Source: Oopsacas minuta
Taxonomy: Eukaryota > Animalia > Porifera
Reading direction: 5' to 3'
DNA: 64,000 nucleotides
NCBI GenBank assembly: GCA_024704765.1
Contig: JAKMXF010000298.1
Span: 124,001 to 188,000, forward strand
Shown: piece by piece, positions 22,388-31,811 of the stretch
Position numbering within the stretch: the first letter of the stretch is position 1
How the letters are laid out: each line of letters starts with the position of its first letter
Notes under the pieces: generated by a model
Told to the model about the DNA's origin: nothing
Databases searched by the model: none
Seen by the model: only the letters and a program-made list of their open reading frames with translations
Made by a program: the position numbers and the translations under genes

Positions 22388-22884
22388 TGTAATGTTGAGA
22401 AATTTCGCGATTTTAATTGTTGGGAAATATCCTCGTTCATCTCTCTTTTATAGCGAATTTCTGTAATTATATTTTAAGAAATAGCTGTGAAAAATCGCTA
22501 TTTTGAATTTAACAAACGAATTTCGATAGCTCCCAAAATTCAATGAAAAACGAACTGTGAAAGACAAAATATAACCAATCAGATGAGCAATGCCATCGTG
22601 TTGGCATGAATAAACGCAGAAAACTTACATACAAATCTAGTTAACAGTAAACAAATAGCAAATAATTTTGTAATCAATTTTAGAAGATGGCTTTTGTATT
22701 TTTACAAGATTATCAGTGAAGAGGAAAGCAAAATTGGTTATATTTTGGGAAAATATACAAAATATCTTAGCAATCGGCGCTAAATCGATTTCGAGGAAAT
22801 AATACGAACGATATAGACAATTTGATAATAAATAATTGGGTAAGAATAGTGTGAATAAGCGATAAATTGTGTATATTTGAAGAA

Positions 22885-25830
22885 TTAACTTTTGGTCTTT
22901 GATCTGGCAATAAGATGTACTATCCTTTGAGAATCAGATTTGTCAATTGTCTTAGAAATATTTCTAACCAAATCTCTAGCAGATAGGAGACTATGAGCTC
23001 TCAGGCGCGCTAGAATTTCAGAATTATCTTTAAAAAATCCTCCTTTTATCCATTGTTCATGATCTCTTATATAATCAAACGCTGTTCTTTTTCGTTTATT
23101 AACTAAAGTATAATCACACGCGTTTTCTAACAGTTTGGCTGCAGCGAAATCGTTATCAAGTCTACAAGCAATAAATAGAGGAGATTCTCCTAGCTTATTT
23201 TGTTGGTTAACATTCGCTCCGGCATCAATTAATATCTCTAATACAGGTGTAGTGCCTAATTGGACAGCTAAATGTAATGCATTATTACCAGATCTATTTG
23301 TATGTAACATGTCTACACCTTGTGTTATAAGGAATTGGGTTGTCTGGAGTAAATCTGAACACACAAACTCTTGTGCTAGAGATTTGAATAACAACTTTTC
23401 TGGTTCATTTGTGTAGAATAATAATCCATGGTTCAAGAGGGTTGCAACACAAGAATGTCTCTGTGTAACAGTAGCATGGTATAGAGGAGATTTAGCCCCA
23501 TACTCTAGTGTATTTTCTCTGATAGCTACTTCAAGCTCTTGGCCTTGCTCGCCTTCCAAAAGTGTTTCCATCAACTCATCATTACCGTGTATAGCACACA
23601 TATGTATTGGTAGTAATCCATCTGTATTAGGATACAAATTCGATACGTCAAATTTTAGCAAATAACTTACACAAGATTGTACCTCAAGTACTTCAACTGA
23701 GGAATAATTGTTTGAACAAATGCTATGTAAAACTGTATTTTCGTTAAAATCTTTCGCATTTGGGTCAGCTCCGCACTCTAATAGAAGCTCAGCTGTTTGT
23801 TTATTTGTGACGTAATGTAGTGGGGCTTTACCATGTGCATCAGTTAGATTGATATCAATAGCAATATCTGAGTAAACGCGGATAATTCCACTTATGTTAT
23901 ATTTCGCAGCAATGTGTAGTAAAGTCATTCCTGAGTAAATTCTAGAACGAAGAGAAATGAAATTATTTTCATGGTCTCTGACTAATTTTTCTAACTCTTC
24001 AATTTCTCTATTCAAATAGAATTTTAGTGTCTTTGCCAATTGATTTTTCTTATCTAACATTATACGTTTTAACTCTACATTACGGACAATGTCAATAGCT
24101 GTTTTGTTGTTACGATCTTTCAAATCAGGATTTACACAATTCTCTAATAACAACAGGCCAGCTTCCTTTTGTATAGAATCTAGTGCCAAATAGAAAGGCG
24201 ATTGTAGAAGGGAGTTACAAATATTCACGTTTGCACCATTTTGCAGTAACAATTCACAAATATCAATGTTATTATTCTTGCTAGCATAATGTAATGCAGT
24301 ATTACCAGTGCTATCTTTTGAATTCACAAAGGAAAAATCGCTATTGAAAAACGTAATTAACTTTTCAACGATTATTATCTCTCCTACACGACTTGCTCTA
24401 TGCAGGAGCTTTTCGCATTGAGCCCGTGTACCAGGAAATACTTGATATAATAGCGGTGCATTAGCTGGTAACTTCTTATTCCTTGTACTACTACTGACAA
24501 ATATATTATACTTTTTCTCGTGTTTACTTTGTGAGATTTCAACTAGTTTCCCTGGGGGCAGTCCAAGCATTTTGTATATTTCCTCAGAGTTTAATTGTCC
24601 AGTGAAATTATCAGAATACAATCCTTTACTACGTTCATACAAAACAAGTTTTCTATCCGGCCAAATAGTTTCTTTCGTTACAGGGCGATAAAACGCGATA
24701 TTACAAGTTAATCCTAGATTAATTGCAAACTCTTCACACATCTCATTTATCGTCATAGGGGAAGGACAATCTATCTGATCGAATCGTATGTCCATCTGTT
24801 TTAGGATCTTATTACGAATCATTAACTGTACATCTACAACATGTTTATGCCATTCATCACAGTGTGCTAGGTCGAATACACTGGATAATTCCTTATATTC
24901 TTTCTGATGATTCTGCAAATTATTTTCTAGTGCTACCGTTTTCAACTTGAGTGCCTCGGCTTGCACAGGCCCAGCTTCAAGAATCAAATCCAACTGAGAT
25001 TTATTCTCTTTCAATAAAGTTACAAGTCTTTTAGCTCTCTCTCTGACTAGAGTTTCTTGTCGGTATCTTACCCCTTGAATGCATAGAGCAGCTACAAAAC
25101 CAGACAACGCCCATTCATCTCCTGCCAATAGATCAGGCACTTCCATCAGGAAATTAGTACGTAGCGCTTTCGTCACACCCTCAAGACACAGAGAGATAGT
25201 CCAGCGATCACTTAACAGAACTTCTGCAGTGAAAGTACCCGGAATGAATGTGTTAATAATCGCACATAACACACGACTATCAGCTAACCCACTCATATCA
25301 CTTAACTGTAATCTCTTGGTGTATTTATCATTACGTAAAATACGATTAATAATATCTAAGCTTAATCTCTCGAGTGAGTCAATATTCAATGAACTCTTAT
25401 TATCTTCCTGTGCACTGAATGTTAGCCTGCTTTTTATTAAACTAGCTGGATGGGATGGTTGCAAGAACTTGGGTAGAACGTTACGAATACCAATCAAGTT
25501 GTAGAGTATCAAATAAGCAAGAGTTGTAAAAACAACTTCTGAGGATTTTTGAGCGAATCGTTTCGATTCTATTTGATAATTATTCGGTAATAATTTCGCC
25601 TTCTTAAGACTGCTAATAAACCAATCTACACGAATAACTTTTTGGTTGTCAGTCAAGCCCTGCATACTCTGTATTCTAGTCTGAGGCTGTCCAGTCATTG
25701 ATTCTAACAGTAATTGTAATGTGTTACCTTCCATTAGTGAATTTAGGATACTACTTGATTCTGATTTACGAGCTAATACGCTATTTATCCAGCCGGTGAA
25801 CCCATGAGCTCTTGAAACAAAGTTGTCCAT
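22885..25830 (-). CDS. Tandem calponin-homology-like / coiled-coil / ankyrin-repeat protein, intronless
   Basis: CH-like motifs FTGWINSVL..LMEGNTLQLLLE and LADSRVLCAIINTFIPG; several ankyrin repeats (GNTALHYAS, GMTLLHIAA, GKAPLHY, GNNALHLAV, GESPLFIAC). Confidence 0.8.
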   Translation of the reverse strand: MDNFVSRAHGFTGWINSVLARKSESSSILNSLMEGNTLQLLLESMTGQPQTRIQSMQGLTDNQKVIRVDWFISSLKKAKLLPNNYQIESKRFAQKSSEVVFTTLAYLILYNLIGIRNVLPKFLQPSHPASLIKSRLTFSAQEDNKSSLNIDSLERLSLDIINRILRNDKYTKRLQLSDMSGLADSRVLCAIINTFIPGTFTAEVLLSDRWTISLCLEGVTKALRTNFLMEVPDLLAGDEWALSGFVAALCIQGVRYRQETLVRERAKRLVTLLKENKSQLDLILEAGPVQAEALKLKTVALENNLQNHQKEYKELSSVFDLAHCDEWHKHVVDVQLMIRNKILKQMDIRFDQIDCPSPMTINEMCEEFAINLGLTCNIAFYRPVTKETIWPDRKLVLYERSKGLYSDNFTGQLNSEEIYKMLGLPPGKLVEISQSKHEKKYNIFVSSSTRNKKLPANAPLLYQVFPGTRAQCEKLLHRASRVGEIIIVEKLITFFNSDFSFVNSKDSTGNTALHYASKNNNIDICELLLQNGANVNICNSLLQSPFYLALDSIQKEAGLLLLENCVNPDLKDRNNKTAIDIVRNVELKRIMLDKKNQLAKTLKFYLNREIEELEKLVRDHENNFISLRSRIYSGMTLLHIAAKYNISGIIRVYSDIAIDINLTDAHGKAPLHYVTNKQTAELLLECGADPNAKDFNENTVLHSICSNNYSSVEVLEVQSCVSYLLKFDVSNLYPNTDGLLPIHMCAIHGNDELMETLLEGEQGQELEVAIRENTLEYGAKSPLYHATVTQRHSCVATLLNHGLLFYTNEPEKLLFKSLAQEFVCSDLLQTTQFLITQGVDMLHTNRSGNNALHLAVQLGTTPVLEILIDAGANVNQQNKLGESPLFIACRLDNDFAAAKLLENACDYTLVNKRKRTAFDYIRDHEQWIKGGFFKDNSEILARLRAHSLLSARDLVRNISKTIDKSDSQRIVHLIARSKTKS

Positions 25831-26000
25831 TCAAATCACTAAAATTTTTCCCTAAAATAGACAAAATAATATGCAGTCAGTCTATTCTACATTTGTTAAC
25901 TGCGATTTCGCGGAAAGTCTAGTCGATTGGGACAGTTCAGCCAACTGAAGGCATAATCTATGCAATTATGTCAACGAATTAATATTATACAAATGCTTTA

Positions 26001-26053
26001 TGACGTAATGGTAAGTATGTAATTGATTAATAACAAATCAAGCACTGACGTCA
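26001..26053. promoter_or_regulatory. CRE-like sites (TGACGTAA at 26001, TGACGTCA at 26046) in a divergent intergenic region
   Basis: Motifs read directly in the 443-bp head-to-head spacer between the CH-ankyrin gene and the 7TM gene. Function unproven. Confidence 0.25.
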
Positions 26054-26273
26054 CACCATATGGGCAATAAATCATAAAATATTATATTTCTATAATACCA
26101 TATAAAGTATTGGGTTTTAATCTACGTACCATAATACCTCATGTGTAAATTTAGTAATGAATAATAAGCATGTGGGTCCAATCAGCTCACATGAGCAATG
26201 CCAGTCAATGGATAGGATTATGTATATTAATATATATTGTACAAATTTAATAATTCCAAAATAAGCTTCAGAA

Positions 26274-27272
26274 ATGAAATTCCAAATTCTAGACTATGTA
26301 AATTTCGGGTTAGAAGGCTTGTATATAATCTGGTCATGTGTTATATTTATTTTCGCGATTATATGGCTCAGGGCTGTTATAAAAGATTCAATGTCTAAGA
26401 TGAAACGTTTGAAAAGTGAACGTTTACTTGGCGAACATGTAGACGTAAAAACAATGGAAAATCAACTGAAATACAACAAACTAATAATTTTCTTAATAAT
26501 AATCGCATTGCTATATCATATAACCTTCATTACGAATACCATATTTTTCGCAGTATTCCTCGAATTATGGAAGCAATCTGCAAACAGTACAAGCAGTGCA
26601 ATTGCGTTATGTGGATCCTTCTGCATGTTCGCGTCCGGAGCTCCTATCTCACTATATCAGCTATACTACTTATCAATTGCCATGATAATTACACAGATTT
26701 GGTGCGTATATAAAAACAAACATTTCTACACATTTCTGTATTGGTCAGTGCTATCCATACGAACTCTGTTTCTACTCGTACTATGGACTGTAGAAAAAAC
26801 GTATTTGATCGGGAAAACATTAACATCAACGGTAATGGTATTTGACCTTGTTTGGATAGCTGCAATATCAATAAATACATATCAATTGATGGATAGAAAC
26901 CTACAATTAAGAGTAAGGCAATTCCGTATACACCTGGATGATAACCTCATAAACGCCCAGAAAAGGAGTGTAGCTCGGTTCAAACTTGCTATCCTAAGTT
27001 TCTATCCACTCTTCCTAATGTACACGACTGTATTCGTTATCTATATATCCGTCTCTATATTTGAGGTAATTGAAATGGACTCAGATTTTATTCATGAAGA
27101 ATATGGACCCACGCCAGGGACACTGCCTAGATTTTGGGGAAAGTCCTTAGTGCATTTCTACAATGCTTGTGATTTGGTAACAAATGTGATAGTTATCTTC
27201 TGGGATATGCCATTCCTTATTATAGGATTCAGCAAACTTAAAGGAATTTACCAGTTCGAGACAGCTCAATGA
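26274..27272 (+). CDS. Orphan multi-pass (about 7 TM) membrane protein
   Basis: 332 aa with six to seven hydrophobic segments separated by charged loops; no DRY/NPxxY or other family motif recognised. Confidence 0.7.
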   Translation: MKFQILDYVNFGLEGLYIIWSCVIFIFAIIWLRAVIKDSMSKMKRLKSERLLGEHVDVKTMENQLKYNKLIIFLIIIALLYHITFITNTIFFAVFLELWKQSANSTSSAIALCGSFCMFASGAPISLYQLYYLSIAMIITQIWCVYKNKHFYTFLYWSVLSIRTLFLLVLWTVEKTYLIGKTLTSTVMVFDLVWIAAISINTYQLMDRNLQLRVRQFRIHLDDNLINAQKRSVARFKLAILSFYPLFLMYTTVFVIYISVSIFEVIEMDSDFIHEEYGPTPGTLPRFWGKSLVHFYNACDLVTNVIVIFWDMPFLIIGFSKLKGIYQFETAQ

Positions 27273-27347
27273 TTTGTGTTTTGTTTCTAAATGCATGTTT
27301 TATCTTAGAAATATTATTAGTAAAATTAAAATAATAATATAAAGTGA

Positions 27348-27486
27348 ACAGCTGTTATATAGAAGTATTAATTTGTTCAAATATGGTCATAAGCCGTTAA
27401 AGTATATTCCATCGGTGATATTGAACTCCGCTTATGTCGAAGTAACTATCACGGTCCCTTGAGCTTCGATATCACGAGGTAAATGT
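27348..27486 (+). mobile_element. MITE family A copy (degenerate ends)
   Basis: Core caaatatggtc...cgcttatgtcgaagtaactatcacggtcccttgagcttcgatatcacgag is shared with the copies at 53270 and 57954. Confidence 0.75.
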
Positions 27487-27533
27487 AAAATTCCTTTAGC
27501 TATAAAAATGTAAGAGGAGCATGGTATCATAAT

Positions 27534-29222
27534 TCAGTTATAACTCAACAAGCTTCGGTAGCTATCATTAGCTTTATATATAATATTCCTGGTTAAAATA
27601 CTGACAAATATCCTTTCTCCGATATCTGTAAACCCAGCGTTATATAGTTCACCAGCTATTTCCTCCCAAATTCCAGTATCCGCGTTGAAATCGTACAGCA
27701 ATTGATTTCCAAAATTGAAAGGGTCTGTTTCACTTAAAATTATTTGTACTGAGAGTATGGCTAAGCCATTTCTTATGTATAATAGTAAGAGGTTAGCCAG
27801 GTCGATAACTGGTTGATAATTGTTAGTAGGGCTTAGTAAAAGGAGAGCTTTATCCATGGTTGGTTCGTGTAATAGAAACGAAACGAATTCATCATCCTTG
27901 AATTCTCTGATATAATTAAATAGAGCGATAGGTCGTTGCATAGAGTAGAGACATGAAGCAATCATAGGACGATCTTTGATAGCAGTGAATACGTGGAGAG
28001 CTAAGCTCAAATATTTTGCATTAGTCGGGTATTGTGAATACAGCAGGTATCCTAGTTCATTAGAAAAGCAGACCAAATTCTGGAATATTGACTGAGATAG
28101 TAAATCGAATTTTCCTTGTTCTCTCATTACATTAACACAAACTATGGATATGTCATGGGGAAGTGTGCCAAATGCGGGTACAGTATCCAGTAGAACCTGA
28201 CAGAATATCATTATAGCAGGCTGTTGATCGGGAAGATTCGTAGCTTCATTGAATCTCTGTAATATCCCGAAAGTACGTAGGAATCCTTTTGGGGAATTCC
28301 CGGCCTGTATTGCGGCTTCTAGATACTTACCAGCCGCGAATAACTCATTAAACATATCCAAATAACTCAACATAAGTTCAGTTTCCTTCTCAATACTAGC
28401 ATCATCAATTTCTGGAGTAGAACCAATTGTAGTGCTGGATTGGCATAAGATCCCTTGAATTAGCTCAGAATAAGTCTCTTCCGCGGTATGTTCTAGCTCA
28501 TGAGATGTTTGTATAAGTTGTAATGCCGTTGAACAAGTCTTAATCTTCGTAGATAATTCCGAATTTTTCTGAATAATATCCATTTTCAATTGTTCCCTCT
28601 CAAGGAGATCTGAATTAAGTTTCTCTTTGGTTGATATTGGTTTATAGCGTGTATTTTTGGAAGCTAATAAATTGCCTATTTCTCTTTTCCTCTTATCAGT
28701 TGCATTAGTTAGTTTTGATATATCAAATACCATATCCTGATTTGCCAGGCTAGGCAAGATACTTTTACGTCTGTTTAATGATATAGAAAGTTTATTCTGC
28801 ATTACAAGACTCTCTAAATTTCTTCTCTTTTCAATTTCTATTTTCTCCTGCTTCTTTCTTGATATCTTCCCCTTTATATCACGACTTGTTGTTCGGTATG
28901 ATTTAAGCTTTGAATCTATGTAATTTTCCCGATCCTTTATATGCTCGATAGTTTCATTTTGATTTTGAGAAATTTCATCAATATCATTTTCGAAAAGGTT
29001 CATTTGCTCAATTTTGAGTTTATGGCGAATAGCAGTATCGTATATATGTTGAATCTTAGCTAAGCTGAATATATATGCGGGAAGTTGTGATAAAATATCG
29101 CCAAACAGCGCTTGTTTTTCGATCAATTCCTGATGGGTTGAATTTCTTGAAATGTTGAAAGTTGAAATCTTTTGATGATTGTCAGATAATTTCTTCTCAT
29201 GAGTTTTACCCGATGGCCTCAT
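27534..29222 (-). CDS. CLHC1: Clathrin heavy chain linker domain-containing protein 1 (coiled coil + CHC linker); start uncertain
   Basis: ELFAAGKYLEAAIQAGNSPKGFLRT matches the clathrin linker motif LF.QG.Y.EAA..AAN.PKG.LRT, after an N-terminal coiled coil. First ATG at 29222. Confidence 0.75.
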   Translation of the reverse strand: MRPSGKTHEKKLSDNHQKISTFNISRNSTHQELIEKQALFGDILSQLPAYIFSLAKIQHIYDTAIRHKLKIEQMNLFENDIDEISQNQNETIEHIKDRENYIDSKLKSYRTTSRDIKGKISRKKQEKIEIEKRRNLESLVMQNKLSISLNRRKSILPSLANQDMVFDISKLTNATDKRKREIGNLLASKNTRYKPISTKEKLNSDLLEREQLKMDIIQKNSELSTKIKTCSTALQLIQTSHELEHTAEETYSELIQGILCQSSTTIGSTPEIDDASIEKETELMLSYLDMFNELFAAGKYLEAAIQAGNSPKGFLRTFGILQRFNEATNLPDQQPAIMIFCQVLLDTVPAFGTLPHDISIVCVNVMREQGKFDLLSQSIFQNLVCFSNELGYLLYSQYPTNAKYLSLALHVFTAIKDRPMIASCLYSMQRPIALFNYIREFKDDEFVSFLLHEPTMDKALLLLSPTNNYQPVIDLANLLLLYIRNGLAILSVQIILSETDPFNFGNQLLYDFNADTGIWEEIAGELYNAGFTDIGERIFVSILTRNIIYKANDSYRSLLSYN

Positions 29223-29506
29223 AATTGATGAAATCGTTTTTATACGAATCTTCAAAGGAGGAACCCGAAAAAGGTAGGGTAAGCCTGTAGACAGTAAGCC
29301 TCCTAATCAAATTGCAATTTAATATAAATTATATGAATAATTACAAATGTTAAGAATTAACCAATATTTCCATTAAATATGTGTAGTTGAAAACAACAAT
29401 ATAATATTATAAAAATATTTTAAATTGCAATTAATGAATTAATAAAAGAGTAGAATACAAAGATAAATAATTCCTAAAATAAGTAAAAATAAAATTGAAT
29501 AAATCT

Positions 29507-31423
29507 TTATAGAGTAGTAAGTATGTCTTCATAATCAATGCATTCACCAATGTGACCTTGTAGGAAGGGAGGACCATAACAATCGCGTAGACAATCATTA
29601 TCATAGGTTTGCCCATTAGAACCGCAAACTTTATTAAGAGGATCGTTACAAACACAATCTTGAACAGCACAGTAACCAACAGGAGATGTTATAGTATGAT
29701 TTACGTTAGTTACCGGCATGGGATAAGGAATGTTTGGGAATTCAGCTCCTGGGATACAAACCAAACCCTTTTGACATGAGAAATTCCGATCATCAGCTAA
29801 ATTAGTATAACACTTCTCATTCCTAGCCGGTTTAGGTAAACAAAAGCTTGCTACGCCGTGTTCAGAAACTGTCAAATTTGGCAGTAGAAAACTATCGGAA
29901 AGATAGCGTATCTGTGGTCCACTTAATGCATAATCAAACACAGATACATAGCTGATAGAACCATTGAACATGTAATTACTAGTACGAGGTCTGCCACCAA
30001 TCCATAGCTCATTAGAAATATCAGAGAACAACGGTATACCCTCAAGCATCTGGTATTCAAGGAGATCACCATCAACGTACAGAGCCGCTCGCATGGTATC
30101 AGTATCAATAGTAGCAGCTATAGTATGATATACACCATCATCTATAGGAGATTCATGAAAGAAAACTTGAGTAGTATAATTCCCTCCAGTATTGCTATAC
30201 ACTAGCCAGGTGAAGTCTTCAGATCCTCTGAGGTATAACCCGAAATCTCGCATAATTACGTCATGACCTTTGGCTATGAGATATGCATCATTATCCGGGA
30301 CCTGATTGAATACACCGAATAGTGTAATGTCTGGGGTGAGGGCTGGATGATCTGTAGCGGGGATTGTTAAAAATGTCAAATGACTTTGAGTAAAATCGTG
30401 GAGAGTATCTACATAGTTGTGACCCATCCCAATCAGGTTTAGGGAAGGGTCTGGAATCACAGAAGAGCCATCATCTGGTAGAGGACCGTAACAGAACTCT
30501 GAACCAGCCAGACAATCAGTATAATCCTGACACATATGAGATGCAGTAGGCTGACAAGACCATGTTGCATCAGGTCCATTAGGGTAGCAGGATAATCCTA
30601 TGTCACATAAATCCAGATCATTAGTACATGGTCCTTTCTCTAGCCTCGGGGAGTAAGGAGCTGGACAAGTTTCTCCAATTGTCAAATAAGGCTGACAACT
30701 TCCACTACGGTCACTCTCCAAACGACAAATAGATTCAGCATCAGTGTTATCTAGTGCTCCATGATACACAAATATATGATAGATATTCCCAGAGAATCTG
30801 TAGTTACCAAACATACGCGCTCCGATCAAGAAAGAAGGCTGAACTCCACTCAAACTCGTGAGATTAGAAGTTATGTCAAACGACCTACCGCTAGGAGCTG
30901 TTGCAGTAAGAACAGCATTATTTATTCCGTTTATGTATAGCGTAAGTTCATTTGATTCTACTTTGAGTAATAGGCAGTAACGATTACCGTCATTTATTGG
31001 GAAGTTTGGCTTGAACTGATTCAATTCATAGGTCTGATCATCTAGTGCTGTATAAACCCAGATATATCCCATATCATGAATGTGTATAGCGAGAGCACGA
31101 GCATCGGGATCTTTCCCGAGGAAGAATAGATAACCCCGGCTACCTGGGGAAGCTCTAAACGCCACAGATACTGTAAAAGGAGTTGTAATACTCATGAGAG
31201 GCTCGTAGAGAGGATAGGATAGGGGAAAGAAAGTTGTTCCAGAAAGATCTGTAATCGGTTCGGATAATAAGGCTGTTACTGTCAATTCGGGCCGCGAAAC
31301 GGAACAAGTTTTTCTACAAAACTGTCCCGAAGCGCATGCGGAATCTGAAGTGCATTGAGAATGCAGTGAGCCAATAAAGAAACAAATAGTCAAGAATGAA
31401 ATATAAGTGATTCGGGTAACCAT
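29507..31423 (-). CDS. Secreted protein: signal peptide, two LamG/TSPN-like domains within Cys-rich modules, C-terminal Kazal domain
   Basis: Signal peptide MVTRITYISFLTICFFIGSLHSQ; LamG motifs FLIGAR..FSGNIYHIFVY and LWIGGR...FNGSISYVSVFDYALS; Kazal CVC...VCGSNGQTYDNDC...C...H.GEC. Confidence 0.8.
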   Translation of the reverse strand: MVTRITYISFLTICFFIGSLHSQCTSDSACASGQFCRKTCSVSRPELTVTALLSEPITDLSGTTFFPLSYPLYEPLMSITTPFTVSVAFRASPGSRGYLFFLGKDPDARALAIHIHDMGYIWVYTALDDQTYELNQFKPNFPINDGNRYCLLLKVESNELTLYINGINNAVLTATAPSGRSFDITSNLTSLSGVQPSFLIGARMFGNYRFSGNIYHIFVYHGALDNTDAESICRLESDRSGSCQPYLTIGETCPAPYSPRLEKGPCTNDLDLCDIGLSCYPNGPDATWSCQPTASHMCQDYTDCLAGSEFCYGPLPDDGSSVIPDPSLNLIGMGHNYVDTLHDFTQSHLTFLTIPATDHPALTPDITLFGVFNQVPDNDAYLIAKGHDVIMRDFGLYLRGSEDFTWLVYSNTGGNYTTQVFFHESPIDDGVYHTIAATIDTDTMRAALYVDGDLLEYQMLEGIPLFSDISNELWIGGRPRTSNYMFNGSISYVSVFDYALSGPQIRYLSDSFLLPNLTVSEHGVASFCLPKPARNEKCYTNLADDRNFSCQKGLVCIPGAEFPNIPYPMPVTNVNHTITSPVGYCAVQDCVCNDPLNKVCGSNGQTYDNDCLRDCYGPPFLQGHIGECIDYEDILTTL

Positions 31424-31811
31424 GGAACTTTTGATACAGTTTCTGGGCTAATTTGGTTCTTTATACTGAAACAATAGAACAAGTAATTATTGATGCGATT
31501 GAGAACTAAGTTTCAAACATATGAATGACTTGTTTGAGATGCGAAAGCAATGAATACACCATTCACGTTACGTAATTTAATATTGTTTAGCAGATTGTGG
31601 TGTGAGAAAACGTAGATTCACACTAGTCATCAAAGATGTTTACCTGTTATCATAAAATATGACGAAATGTCTGATTGTTTGTTTGTATAAAGGAAGTCAA
31701 AATAGAAAATTAATGATAATTAATATATAAACATGAAATGTGTTAGCTAACGTAAAATCACAAAAACTTCATTATGAATAATTGGGATTAGTAAAATATA
31801 GATTCACGGAT

